64,000 nt of DNA from a virus (taxonomy: Duplodnaviria > Caudoviricetes), in the IMG/VR virus record IMGVR_UViG_3300027898_000001; one strand, 5' to 3'. Position 1 is the stretch's first letter; the number at the start of each line of letters is the position of its first letter. The position numbers and the translations under genes were made by a program. The notes below the pieces were generated by a model. The model was given only the letters and a program-made list of their open reading frames with translations. It made no database searches and had not been told where the DNA came from. This document shows positions 52,831-62,917 of the stretch, in pieces.

Positions 52831-55749
52831 GTGGCTAAACTAGCAAAATCTGCCAAACTTAAAAATGCTGATGCGTCTGAATTAGCTGCGTTTGATCCAT
52901 ACGCGCATTTAGACAAATCAATCGACTCGATGGAAAAACAGTTTGAACTGAGTGCTATGTCGTTTGATAAGAACGAACCTAGATTCAGTACAGGCTTACT
53001 ATCACTAAACATTATGCTGGCCAATGGCCTTCTTGGTGGTGGTTGGTATACCTGCTTCGGTGGTGAACAGTCGTGTAAGTGCCTTGTTGGTGATAGCTTA
53101 GTTGTAACAGATAGTGGTTTGTTGCGACTAGATGAAATATATTTGGAATCATCTAAATCTACGTTAGAAGGTTTCAACGATATTACACCTATTACTGTCG
53201 AATCTCATAAAGGTAAACGACAAGCTACTAAAGTTTACATAGGTAAAGGTTCTACATATCGTATCAAGACAAAACTAGGTGATGTTGTAGAAGGTTTGCC
53301 GGATCACAAGTTATGGAGTCTTGTTGACGGTAAATTTACGTGGACACGTTTAGATAAGCTAAAACAAGGTGCTTATGTTCCAAAGAAAATAGGTACTAAT
53401 ATATATGCCAAAGAGTCTGCAAAGTTTAATTTTAAACCAGATCTTGACTATATGTTTAAAATGACTGATAGTTTACGCGGTCTTGGTGATGTACATTATC
53501 CTAGTGAGATTTCAGAAAATCTCGCTGAAATTTTTGGCTGGTTAGTGTCAGAAGGTTCTCCGGATAACAGATTTCATAACAAGAATCCTTATGCACTTAA
53601 TCGCTTTAATAAACTCGTAAAACGTGTGTTTGGACAACCTTGCAAAACGCTTACAGATAATTATGCAATAGCACATGGCTTAGTATTAAGATTTTTTAGT
53701 GAGTATCTTGGTAATGTAACATCTGCTGAGCGATTTACTCCTGTAAGTGTACGCTGTTCTCCTAAGAATATACAAACAGCTTACCTGCGTTCGTTATTTG
53801 AAGGTGATGGTGCCGCTATTAATTCAAAGAACGGTACAGTTACTCTTACAACGCTTAGTAGAAAACTTGCGGAAGAAACTAAGTACATGCTAGAAAACAT
53901 GGGCATGCTTTGTTATATTAGAGAACGCACGACGTGGGCTACTAATGGTAGTGAATCTCAGATTGAAAAAGAAGCCTATGTTTTATCTGTACATCCAGAT
54001 TTCGCACATGTGTTTGAATCTGAAGTTGGTTTTTTATCCAATAGAAAGAATGAAATATTACGAACACTTATTGAACGCAGCTTAAATAGTAAATCTGTAA
54101 ACTCTCGTGTTGGTCCTACGAACACGTTACCGGGCGCGGAGCTTGCGGTACATTTAATAAATATTGTGAATCGTATAAGTCCAAATCTTGGAATATCCTG
54201 CAGCAGTAGTGGTCAGAGTTCTGTATTCTCCAATATTTCAACAAAAGACTTGCGTAGTGGTAAATCAGGATTAACAAGATGTACACTATCTCGTATTTTA
54301 AATTGTATTGTCGAATATAAGTTAGAAGATTCTCTACCAGACGAAGGTAAAGAATTAATTAAAACTTTGAAACACTACACAAACTATTATTGGACAACTG
54401 TAGACTACTCTAAACGTACTAGACTTAAAAAACTTGTGTACGATCTAAATGTAGAAGATACGCACTCCTATCATGTTAATGGTATGATTAGCCACAACTC
54501 CACCCTGGCAATGACCATTCTAAGTAGTATCATGTTGCAGAAAGATTTTCGTGGCAAGGCTGCGTATTTCGACTACGAAGGTAGTTCGCAGGCAGAGTAC
54601 ATTGAAAACATCATGCGTAGTATGGGCATCAAAGACAACATTGAAAGTGTGTTTGGTGTACAAGATGAAGAAACAGGTGATTGGATTGTTAAACCACGTG
54701 TACGTTATTACACTCCAGATACTGGTGAGAAGTTCTTCCACTACTTAGCCAAGTTAGAAAAACTATTACCGGATAAAGTCAAGAAAGGCGGACAGTGGTA
54801 TTTCGTGTATGAAAATAACCGCGACAATCAGAAAGCCCTTAAAGGCCGTTATGATAAAGCGTTATTTAGTAAGTACAACCAATTCTACATTCCTGCTCCT
54901 GACGGCACCATTCAAGCCATCATACTGACAGACTCTTATCCAGCAATGTTACCCGATAGTGCAGATAAGAAAGAAGAAGGTGATAAAGGCTTGGCTTTGC
55001 AAGCGCGTATGTTTGCTGATGGTTTGAAACGTGTTAAGAGTGCTATGCGTAGAAAGCGTATTGTAGTTCTAGGCGTTAACCAACTACGTAAAGTACCGAT
55101 GGCAATGTATGGACCTTCTGAGACTGAGCCATGCGGCGATGCTTTGAAGTACTTCAGCGATGTTCGTTTCCGCAATAGTTCTGTTTCTATTCCACACGGC
55201 AAAGGCATGTTGGAAGAAGAAGATAGTGTTATTGGTGACGGTGTTGATACGTACCGCTATATCAAAATTCGTACACACAAAAACAAACTCGGTGGTGTGC
55301 CAAACCAAGAAGTTACTTTACGTATTGTAGTAGAGAACGCTAATGGTACGGCTACTGGTTTCTGTCGTGTTTGGGATGCGTACACCTATTTGAAGCTAAC
55401 GGGTCAGATTGGTGGTCAGCGCAACAAGATTAAATTCTTGGAAGGCTTTAATGTCGTCAAGAAAGATCCAAAGACACAGATCAGCAAAGAAGTTTACGTG
55501 GACTTTAAAAATCCATTTGCTGGAACAGTTGTTAATTGGTTAGATTTTAAAACTCTGATTGAAGGACACAAGGATGATATTAAAGCACTATGTAAAAAAC
55601 TGAAAATGTCTAAGCCTGTCATGTTGCGCAGTTTCTTGGAAAATCAATGCTCTGATGGTTTGGGCTTCACTTACATGAAAGATGCAAAACGTGCCAAATC
55701 TGCGGAGAAAAGATCGGCAGATAAGTCTGATGCAGATGATGAAGAATAG
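52831..55749 (+). CDS. recA: RecA/UvsX-like recombinase with intein (499 aa spliced)
   Basis: FSTGLLSLNIMLANG, split P-loop GGEQSCK|ST, YFDYEGS, TDSYPAM, VNQLR, GDALKYFSDVR, KNKLG. Confidence 0.85.
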   Translation: MAKLAKSAKLKNADASELAAFDPYAHLDKSIDSMEKQFELSAMSFDKNEPRFSTGLLSLNIMLANGLLGGGWYTCFGGEQSCKCLVGDSLVVTDSGLLRLDEIYLESSKSTLEGFNDITPITVESHKGKRQATKVYIGKGSTYRIKTKLGDVVEGLPDHKLWSLVDGKFTWTRLDKLKQGAYVPKKIGTNIYAKESAKFNFKPDLDYMFKMTDSLRGLGDVHYPSEISENLAEIFGWLVSEGSPDNRFHNKNPYALNRFNKLVKRVFGQPCKTLTDNYAIAHGLVLRFFSEYLGNVTSAERFTPVSVRCSPKNIQTAYLRSLFEGDGAAINSKNGTVTLTTLSRKLAEETKYMLENMGMLCYIRERTTWATNGSESQIEKEAYVLSVHPDFAHVFESEVGFLSNRKNEILRTLIERSLNSKSVNSRVGPTNTLPGAELAVHLINIVNRISPNLGISCSSSGQSSVFSNISTKDLRSGKSGLTRCTLSRILNCIVEYKLEDSLPDEGKELIKTLKHYTNYYWTTVDYSKRTRLKKLVYDLNVEDTHSYHVNGMISHNSTLAMTILSSIMLQKDFRGKAAYFDYEGSSQAEYIENIMRSMGIKDNIESVFGVQDEETGDWIVKPRVRYYTPDTGEKFFHYLAKLEKLLPDKVKKGGQWYFVYENNRDNQKALKGRYDKALFSKYNQFYIPAPDGTIQAIILTDSYPAMLPDSADKKEEGDKGLALQARMFADGLKRVKSAMRRKRIVVLGVNQLRKVPMAMYGPSETEPCGDALKYFSDVRFRNSSVSIPHGKGMLEEEDSVIGDGVDTYRYIKIRTHKNKLGGVPNQEVTLRIVVENANGTATGFCRVWDAYTYLKLTGQIGGQRNKIKFLEGFNVVKKDPKTQISKEVYVDFKNPFAGTVVNWLDFKTLIEGHKDDIKALCKKLKMSKPVMLRSFLENQCSDGLGFTYMKDAKRAKSAEKRSADKSDADDEE
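53080..54498 (+). mobile_element. intein (473 aa) with LAGLIDADG homing endonuclease, in the P-loop
   Basis: Cys1 CLVGDSLV, C-terminal ISHN, +1 Ser; IFGWLVSEG and YLRSLFEGDG motifs. Confidence 0.92.
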
Positions 55750-55756
55750 TACGTTT

Positions 55757-55786
55757 AACGCTCCTTTTTAGGGGCGTTTTTTTTTT
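55757..55786 (+). terminator. intrinsic terminator
   Basis: AACGCTCCT-TTTT-AGGGGCGTT followed by a long T run. Confidence 0.85.
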
Positions 55787-55788
55787 AT

Positions 55789-55924
55789 TTGCACTTGTTT
55801 TGAAAATGTGATATAATGAGTTGTGAAAGAAATATCTATCCTGTCTGCACTTTGTAGGTATATCACATAGGCAAGATTGAAATGTTTGTAAATTCCACTA
55901 AATATCACTTTCGAGGTTTATATG
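55789..55924 (+). promoter_or_regulatory. repeat cassette copy 5
   Basis: TTGCAC-N17-TATAAT(55812); 54 bp identical to copy 1; GAGG RBS, ATG 55922. Confidence 0.85.
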
Positions 55925-56323
55925 TATTCACATTATTCTGATAACCCTACTCGCACAAATCGTGCAGTTCAAATCTATATTATTTTAATGGGTTATGCAA
56001 CACGTGCCGAAACGCTGACGTACAAAGACCTAGCTGGTCATATAGGTTATGATGGCGCAGGTGTGTTTGCACAAACACTTGATATGATTCAAAACTGGTG
56101 CCAACATCACCAATTGCCTTTACTAACCGCAATTGTTGTGAACTCTGCTACAGGTGAGCCTGGTGATGGTTTACTCGCAGAAGATTTCTCAGAAGAACAA
56201 AACAAAGTGTTTGTATATAACTGGTATGGCATTACAGTACCAACTGCTCAAAACTTTGAAGATTTTTGGCGCATCGAGCAACAACGCCGTGCAAACAATG
56301 TAGTAGAACCAGAAGTAGCTTAA
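55922..56323 (+). CDS. winged-helix-like hypothetical protein
   Basis: LTYKDLAGHIG...LPLLTAIVVN..TGEPGDG. Confidence 0.7.
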   Translation: MYSHYSDNPTRTNRAVQIYIILMGYATRAETLTYKDLAGHIGYDGAGVFAQTLDMIQNWCQHHQLPLLTAIVVNSATGEPGDGLLAEDFSEEQNKVFVYNWYGITVPTAQNFEDFWRIEQQRRANNVVEPEVA

Positions 56324-56336
56324 CAGTAAATAAATA

Positions 56337-56356
56337 GGAGTAGCAATTGCTACTCC
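56337..56356. other. perfect 20-bp palindrome (terminator-like or operator)
   Basis: GGAGTAGCAATTGCTACTCC. Confidence 0.6.
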
Positions 56357-56405
56357 AACTAAATGTCATTAAATGTTCCACTAAATTTCACTAAAGGTAA
56401 ATATC

Positions 56406-58199
56406 ATGCAACAATTAGCTATCACTGCACCACAATACCCATTATCACACACTGTATTCCAAGCCCTGCACTACTCTGATGTTTATACAAGCGCAGATAT
56501 GTTATTAGATTATCTCCTTGCGCATAACATTGATACTATGTTCGGTGTTCCAGGTGGTGCTATCGAACCTCTGTTGAATGCTGTATCTCGCAATCAAAAA
56601 GCATTTGGTCCTATCCGTTCCGTTATTGCTCGCCACGAAACTGGTGCAGCATTCATGGCAGATGGTTACTATCGTGAAACCCGCAAACTCGCAGTTGTGT
56701 TCAGCACTACTGGTCCAGGTACTACCAATTTAATTACTGGTGTTGCAAGCGCGTATTCTGATAATATTCCAATGCTTATCATCACTGCACAAACCCCATT
56801 ACCAAAATTCGGCCGTCGTGCTTTACAAGAAAGTAGTTGTACTTCTGTAGACACTGTGGCAATGTTCCAAAGTATTACACATTACAACACTTTGGTTTCA
56901 CATGCAGACCAACTTGAACACAAACTACGTGCGGCATTGTTAGCTGCTTATCAAAATAAAGGTCCAGTACACTTGAGTATTCCAAGTGATGTGCTTCGCC
57001 AAGATACCTGCAAACACGCTATCAAACGTGTCACGAACAATCACGACCATTTTGTTGATACGGATGCACTAAAAGAATTGTTAAATATCTTAGAGCAAGA
57101 TAGCTCTATTGCTGTGATTGTAGGTGAAGGTTGCCACGAAGCTAGTCAAGAGATTATGGAGTTTTTGAATTTAACAGATTTACCTTTTATGTCTACACCA
57201 ATAGGTAAATCGTTTGTTGATGAAACACATAAGAATTATTTAGGTGTTTACGGATTTGCTGGACACGCTTCTGCTAAACAATTACTCCAATCTACTCGCG
57301 TTGTTACAGTTATCGCAATTGGTTGCACTTTAGATGAGTTGAGTACGTCTGGTTGGAGTCCTGATTTGTTGAACTACAAATTGGTCCACATTGATAGTTG
57401 TGCAGAACATTTCACACGCTCTGGTATGGCTAAGTTGCAAGTGTACGGCAATATCAAGTACGTGTTTGAGTGTATGAATACTGAGGTTGAAAATCTTATC
57501 GGTGCGGAATTAGCGTGGAGCAATGTTTCAGATAAGACTCAATTAAATGCTTGCGGTGGTTATGCTGAATTGAAAAACTCCAAAGCCTGCACATTACCAA
57601 GTAGCACTATAAAGCCGCAGTATCTTATGCACCGCCTCAGTCACAATCTAGTAGACGATGCTCGTATATTTGTAGATGCTGGTAATAGTTGGGCATGGGC
57701 CACGCACTATCTAACACGCAAGAACAGTGATGGTAAGTATCACATTGCAATGGGCTTCGGCAGTATGGCATGGTCAGTTGGTGCTGCTATAGGTAGCGCG
57801 TTCGCTACAAATGAACCTACTGTTTGTATAGTTGGTGATGGTTCATTCTTAATGTCCTCGCATGAGATAACTGTAGCTGTCCAGCATAATCTTCCCATTG
57901 TGTTTTTAGTTCTGAATGACAGTGCTATGGGTATGGTGATGCACGGACAAAAGCTTGGAGGACAAGAAAGCATCGGCTGGGAATTGAATGTTGTCGATTT
58001 CGCTGCAATAGCAAAAGCAAGTGGGGCGTACGGTACAATTGTACGAACAACAAAAGAATTAGATGCTATCGACCTTAATGTTTTGTTTCTGCGCAACGGT
58101 CCTACATTGATTGATGTGCGCATTGATCGCAATGAAGTACCACCAATGGGTGATCGTATTAAAGGTTTGGCACAACAATCAGCAACTCCAGGAGGTTAA
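56406..58199 (+). CDS. thiamine diphosphate-dependent enzyme, acetolactate synthase large subunit-like
   Basis: FGVPGG, RHETGAAFMADGY (catalytic Glu), TTGPGTTN, ThDP motif GDGSF...LND. Confidence 0.9.
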   Translation: MQQLAITAPQYPLSHTVFQALHYSDVYTSADMLLDYLLAHNIDTMFGVPGGAIEPLLNAVSRNQKAFGPIRSVIARHETGAAFMADGYYRETRKLAVVFSTTGPGTTNLITGVASAYSDNIPMLIITAQTPLPKFGRRALQESSCTSVDTVAMFQSITHYNTLVSHADQLEHKLRAALLAAYQNKGPVHLSIPSDVLRQDTCKHAIKRVTNNHDHFVDTDALKELLNILEQDSSIAVIVGEGCHEASQEIMEFLNLTDLPFMSTPIGKSFVDETHKNYLGVYGFAGHASAKQLLQSTRVVTVIAIGCTLDELSTSGWSPDLLNYKLVHIDSCAEHFTRSGMAKLQVYGNIKYVFECMNTEVENLIGAELAWSNVSDKTQLNACGGYAELKNSKACTLPSSTIKPQYLMHRLSHNLVDDARIFVDAGNSWAWATHYLTRKNSDGKYHIAMGFGSMAWSVGAAIGSAFATNEPTVCIVGDGSFLMSSHEITVAVQHNLPIVFLVLNDSAMGMVMHGQKLGGQESIGWELNVVDFAAIAKASGAYGTIVRTTKELDAIDLNVLFLRNGPTLIDVRIDRNEVPPMGDRIKGLAQQSATPGG

Positions 58200-58201
58200 T
58201 T

Positions 58202-58648
58202 GTGGACGATTTAATCTATTTCAATACAACGGTAGCAGATAAGCCTACTCTTAGTATAAACTTTACGCTGTTCCATTCAATTGCCTCTTGCATTAAGAAC
58301 ATTGAACCTGTCTCTAGTATACCGCGTTTGTTATTGTGGTTAGATAAGCCTGCAATGTTTCGTATTGAGAAAAATTTGTATCGTTCTGAGGCTTTTACTT
58401 TGCCTGCGTCCGAGGTTATTATTATTTACAAGGCACTTCTCGAATTGCTTAACACGCACAAAGAAGGTATTAATGTGAAGGAAGAGTTGGCTACTCTTTT
58501 CGTTGTAGAGATTATGAATATAGCCTCTCTACTGCTGTTCTTTTCTGGTGTCGTTCTTGCAAAATCTCCAATTACTATCGTTCGCCATAGTACGCGAGAA
58601 TCATTAAAATATGACAAAGCATTGTCTAATGTAGTATCATTAAAATAA
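58202..58648 (+). CDS. hypothetical protein
   Basis: GGAGG RBS, GTG start. Confidence 0.65.
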   Translation: MDDLIYFNTTVADKPTLSINFTLFHSIASCIKNIEPVSSIPRLLLWLDKPAMFRIEKNLYRSEAFTLPASEVIIIYKALLELLNTHKEGINVKEELATLFVVEIMNIASLLLFFSGVVLAKSPITIVRHSTRESLKYDKALSNVVSLK

Positions 58649-58661
58649 AAGGAGAAGTGTT

Positions 58662-58946
58662 ATGCAAATTGAAGATTTAACTTATGGTCATGTATTGCGT
58701 GTAATGTTTGATAGTGGTCCTGCAAACATTCTATTTTTGTCGAAACGTAAAGATCGCCCCACTTCAAACTACTGGATTAGAGGTGTTCGTTTCGATACAA
58801 AAGAGTACGTACATTTCCATTCAACCCGTGTATCTGGTGTGTTTGAACTAACAGTGTTTGACTCGTGGAACTCACCGAACCCATTTATTCCTATTACTAA
58901 AGGTAACTCACATGAGAGCAACTGTTTTAAAATCGACTCGCAATGA
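58662..58946 (+). CDS. hypothetical protein
   Basis: AAGGAG RBS. Confidence 0.7.
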   Translation: MQIEDLTYGHVLRVMFDSGPANILFLSKRKDRPTSNYWIRGVRFDTKEYVHFHSTRVSGVFELTVFDSWNSPNPFIPITKGNSHESNCFKIDSQ

Positions 58947-59535
58947 TTCACTGTATGCGCAGTTACCAAACTGCGTTTCATTCTTCAACAAAGATATTCT
59001 CGCTACCTTGGAAGTAGGTCGAGAGTATGAGTTTATGATTGTTGGTTACAGCAAGTCTACTAAACCTGCTGATGGTTTGCCTTCCGCAGTATTCTTAGAT
59101 TTGGTAACAGAACAAGATGTATTGGTAGAAGCTCCTATTCTTTCTACCAGCGGTTCGATGTGTGTCACTTCTACTTTCCACAAAAAGTTTGGTGATATTT
59201 ACCCGGGTATGCACTCACCTGTGCCTGTTGTAGATAATACTAACAATACGTTCTACGATATGCCTACATTTCCACAACCTATCATTCCGATATGGATTAG
59301 AAAAACACCTAATAATTATCGAGCTATAGGTGTAGAATCGTATGAGCATATTCAACCAGTGTTTGCATTACGCCCTGATATTCAACGTGTGCAAAATGCT
59401 TTAGATGATCGGCACAATACATGGTCCGATTATATAAAGAATCCTGAAGGTAAGAACCTTCAACAACTCTATGATGATGTTCGTACACGTCATGGTATCG
59501 TAAAACAAAACGCGAATTTTGTGTTCGCCAACTAA
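58912..59535 (+). CDS. hypothetical protein
   Basis: Start moved to MRATVLK. Confidence 0.7.
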   Translation: MRATVLKSTRNDSLYAQLPNCVSFFNKDILATLEVGREYEFMIVGYSKSTKPADGLPSAVFLDLVTEQDVLVEAPILSTSGSMCVTSTFHKKFGDIYPGMHSPVPVVDNTNNTFYDMPTFPQPIIPIWIRKTPNNYRAIGVESYEHIQPVFALRPDIQRVQNALDDRHNTWSDYIKNPEGKNLQQLYDDVRTRHGIVKQNANFVFAN

Positions 59536-59554
59536 ACTTTATAGGTACAAATAT

Positions 59555-59911
59555 ATGTCAACTAAAATTTCAATAAAAACTACCAGCGTGACCGTAATTC
59601 TAGCATTAAAAGAATTACAAACCTGTCTTGCTCGGTTACATACAACACCAGCAGTGTGTTCTAATCTAGCGCTGTCTGGTTTATTTAATCTGTCTGATGA
59701 TGCTGATATTTATCGTGCAGATTTACGTTTGGATGATGCTCACACATTATATCCAATTTTTGCTAATACTATGCGTGACGTGTTATCTGTATCTTATAAT
59801 AAGTTAGTCTCGGTTGAAACTACTTTGCAGATTGAAGTTTATTCTGGTATGCTTGCACTTCTTGCAAACAGTATTAAGACTTGTTCTGATATTCAAATAG
59901 ACTTGATTTAA
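59555..59911 (+). CDS. hypothetical protein
   Basis: Start MSTKIS. Confidence 0.65.
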   Translation: MSTKISIKTTSVTVILALKELQTCLARLHTTPAVCSNLALSGLFNLSDDADIYRADLRLDDAHTLYPIFANTMRDVLSVSYNKLVSVETTLQIEVYSGMLALLANSIKTCSDIQIDLI

Positions 59912-59923
59912 AGGAAATATAAA

Positions 59924-60253
59924 ATGAAACCAGAGTCCGGTAAAATTTACACGTTACATCAAATTCTAACTCAACTCACTTTGAAAGATAAGCCTTGCTT
60001 AACATTTTTCCATTGTGGTGCATCGTGTGTTATACAAGATAACCACGCCACTGATTTATTAGCGTTACCAAAGTGGTCTGAATCCACATGGCGTTTTATT
60101 CGCACTACACACGAATCAGTACCCGTATTCCAATTCTGGTTAACTCCTGAACTACCTATAACAGATTTGGTCGATATAGAAGATGATAAATATTATCACG
60201 ATTCTTATTGGGTAACACCTAAAGGTATGCCTTGCGAACAAACCAACAGTTAA
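59924..60253 (+). CDS. hypothetical protein
   Basis: AAGGA RBS. Confidence 0.7.
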   Translation: MKPESGKIYTLHQILTQLTLKDKPCLTFFHCGASCVIQDNHATDLLALPKWSESTWRFIRTTHESVPVFQFWLTPELPITDLVDIEDDKYYHDSYWVTPKGMPCEQTNS

Positions 60254-60282
60254 TTGTTTAGAAAAGGGTTAGCTATGTCCGC

Positions 60283-60654
60283 TTGTGTGCGTTTTATATG
60301 TGGTCCCGCAGTGCTCTCCTCCGTAACTATAGGTGGTCTCCACACGTTATTGAGCACTGTGTTCAAAGATACAGTATATTCTCTATTGCACATGATTTTG
60401 CAGAAAATCTAGTACGCCATACAGATTGTGTATTGCATACTTCTACTGTGCGTTTGCTGTATGATTCTATTATAGATTTTATACATGGACTCATATTAAG
60501 TGTTTTGCAATACGCGACTCCGTCCAGTATATTACCTGTATTGGAACAAATAACGAAACTTCCTGCACCAACAGAATTGTTTTATTTTGTTGAAGCCTTG
60601 GAATTATGTGTTGAAATGAACATTCCATTAATTTTATCATCTGGAAGTATATAA
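60283..60654 (+). CDS. hypothetical protein
   Basis: Start uncertain. Confidence 0.5.
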   Translation: MCAFYMWSRSALLRNYRWSPHVIEHCVQRYSIFSIAHDFAENLVRHTDCVLHTSTVRLLYDSIIDFIHGLILSVLQYATPSSILPVLEQITKLPAPTELFYFVEALELCVEMNIPLILSSGSI

Positions 60655-61305
60655 ATGAAACAGAAGTTTTTAAATTGGTTTTTAAAGCACGTCATTGCTT
60701 ATGTTAAACCTAAATACACCGATATTATGCTAGACATTGAAACTATAGGTACTCGTCCTGGTGATTCAGTGCTTGCAATAGGTGCAGTTGGTTTCGCACG
60801 ACCTCCACAAAAATTTGCAAAGCGAATGTGGGTACGTTTAGTAGATTGGTTGAAACTACCTTATCCGCATTTAACTAAACCATTCTATGTTACTATCAAT
60901 CGTAGTAGTAACGTCTTCCACGGACTAAATGAGGACGAGGAAACTATAACGTGGTGGACAACTAAACCAGAAGAAGCTCGCGTTATATTTGATTTTGCCG
61001 AACGTGATGGTACTACTTTGCCTTTAGCGCTAATAGCGTTTAGAGATTACTTCAATGAGTTCCCAAAAGGTTCTAAACTATGGGGATGTGGTTCTGAGTT
61101 TGATGTGCCTATATTGCGACACGCTTATTATCATTGTAGTATGGAAGAACCGTGGAAGTTCTTTAACCTAGCTTGTTACCGCACATTGAAAGGTTTCTAT
61201 CCTTCTCGTAAAATAATTCGTGAAGGCATTTACCACAACGCTCTTGATGATGCAAAGAATCAAGCAGTTCACGCTATTTGGCTTCTAAACAAATTGGGGT
61301 TATAG
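60655..61305 (+). CDS. DEDDh 3'-5' exonuclease (Rv2179c-like)
   Basis: MLDIETIG, WGCGSEFD, HNALDDA. Confidence 0.85.
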   Translation: MKQKFLNWFLKHVIAYVKPKYTDIMLDIETIGTRPGDSVLAIGAVGFARPPQKFAKRMWVRLVDWLKLPYPHLTKPFYVTINRSSNVFHGLNEDEETITWWTTKPEEARVIFDFAERDGTTLPLALIAFRDYFNEFPKGSKLWGCGSEFDVPILRHAYYHCSMEEPWKFFNLACYRTLKGFYPSRKIIREGIYHNALDDAKNQAVHAIWLLNKLGL

Positions 61306-61308
61306 ATT

Positions 61309-61980
61309 ATGTCTGCTCTTATAGCATACACACCGTCTACTGGACCCGCAATCATAACTTTAGTTTCAGACGAGGATCTAAGAAGGTTGATAGAGTACAA
61401 ACTTCCATTTGTTTCTAAGTGGCCTAAAACTTTAAACATGTTTTTAGGTAGCAATGGGAATGAACTTGGAATGTCAAATCGTATGATTGCCGAGTTCCAT
61501 TATTTCCTATTGCATCTAATGAGTATACTGTCAAGTGAACTGCACAAAGTGCCGCAGATTCATCCAACCGATGAAGTGTATTTGTTGAACACTGTAACCA
61601 TATTATTTCACATTGTAACAACTGCGCATTTAAGTGGCGACAAAATAAGTATTGTAGGTGTGGAAGATATTGTCATATCAGATTCATTAGATATGAAAGG
61701 TGATTATGTTGGTCGCGCCTTTGTGTCGGATGTATTTACGAAATCTGGTGATACACCTATCTATATGTCTGGATGCAAGATGACGTACGGTGTAGGTCAT
61801 TTTCTTGATACTGTCGAAGTCATGCGCAATAATGAATGTGTGTATCAGGGACCAATACTTAAATTGGTACGATTTAAAGATGATATAACTGAGGTAAAAG
61901 CGAGTATGGAATTCGGTATTAATATTGATTTTCCTACAGAAGAAGGTGATGTAATATTTTTTAAAACGCAAGAAATTTAA
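61309..61980 (+). CDS. hypothetical protein
   Basis: Operon packing. Confidence 0.7.
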   Translation: MSALIAYTPSTGPAIITLVSDEDLRRLIEYKLPFVSKWPKTLNMFLGSNGNELGMSNRMIAEFHYFLLHLMSILSSELHKVPQIHPTDEVYLLNTVTILFHIVTTAHLSGDKISIVGVEDIVISDSLDMKGDYVGRAFVSDVFTKSGDTPIYMSGCKMTYGVGHFLDTVEVMRNNECVYQGPILKLVRFKDDITEVKASMEFGINIDFPTEEGDVIFFKTQEI

Positions 61981-62017
61981 TTCCTGATTTTTCACATAAA
62001 GTTCAATAGGTAATGGT

Positions 62018-62107
62018 ATGGCGGATAATGAAGAAGATTTTGAAGATTCTAATGAGATAGATTCGGAAGATTACGATGACGAAGATATTGATGAGGAGCA
62101 ATTATAA
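62018..62107 (+). CDS. 29-aa highly acidic peptide
   Basis: MADNEEDFEDSNEIDSEDYDDEDIDEEQL; TAATG overlap with next gene. Confidence 0.5.
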   Translation: MADNEEDFEDSNEIDSEDYDDEDIDEEQL

Positions 62108-62916
62108 TGCAACTCACTTCTGATAACGTAGTTAGTGTATTTGAAGAATGTCTTACGCAAATGGACGGCGTTGCATACATTGATGCCAAAGCCCTTCGTT
62201 TAGACGTAAAGTTTAATTCATTAAAGTTAGAGCTGCACCGTAAAGATATTATTACAATGCTTGCAGAATTACCGCAAGATTTCTGTAGTACCTCTAAAAC
62301 ACAAGGTGCCTCATTTTTAAATATGTGTATGCGCGACGATGACGTCCAATGGACAGGCACACATGCTATAATGGATATGCTTACCGCGCTTGGTCTCGCT
62401 GCAGGTTATGTTAGTTTTATTTTGCCGAGAGAAATGTGGAAGGTACTACCTGGTGGTATGCCTTACATTAGAATTGATTGTCCTACACTTAACTTAGAGA
62501 AAATTGCTATGCCAAAAGATACTGCTATAACTTTTGAAGACGAACATCCTAATCAGTTTGAGGGTCAGGATATGGAAATAGATACGGACGATGTTGCCGA
62601 AGCTGTAGAGAGTGCTATGCGCGATCAATTTCCTGATGAACCTCTCGATGATGACGAAGATGATTATGGTTACGAGGATGAAGATAATGAAAGTGACTTA
62701 AATCCAAAGCAACCACCTGCATTCATTACAGTCGATGGTGTAACGTACGGCGATACTACCGCACTCGCGGACCATACATTTGATAAAGATGTATTGGCAC
62801 TTGCAATAGCGTCGGCACCACGTTACGTATCAAACGAAACTGGTGAGCTTGTTCCTGAAAAAGAAGGTGAGTCGGATAACGGTGCACCTGATACGGAATT
62901 TAGCTTGCCTGCATAG
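62107..62916 (+). CDS. conserved phage hypothetical protein with acidic C-terminal region
   Basis: GASFLNMC..WTG..LPGGMPY block. Confidence 0.8.
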   Translation: MQLTSDNVVSVFEECLTQMDGVAYIDAKALRLDVKFNSLKLELHRKDIITMLAELPQDFCSTSKTQGASFLNMCMRDDDVQWTGTHAIMDMLTALGLAAGYVSFILPREMWKVLPGGMPYIRIDCPTLNLEKIAMPKDTAITFEDEHPNQFEGQDMEIDTDDVAEAVESAMRDQFPDEPLDDDEDDYGYEDEDNESDLNPKQPPAFITVDGVTYGDTTALADHTFDKDVLALAIASAPRYVSNETGELVPEKEGESDNGAPDTEFSLPA

Positions 62917-62917
62917 T

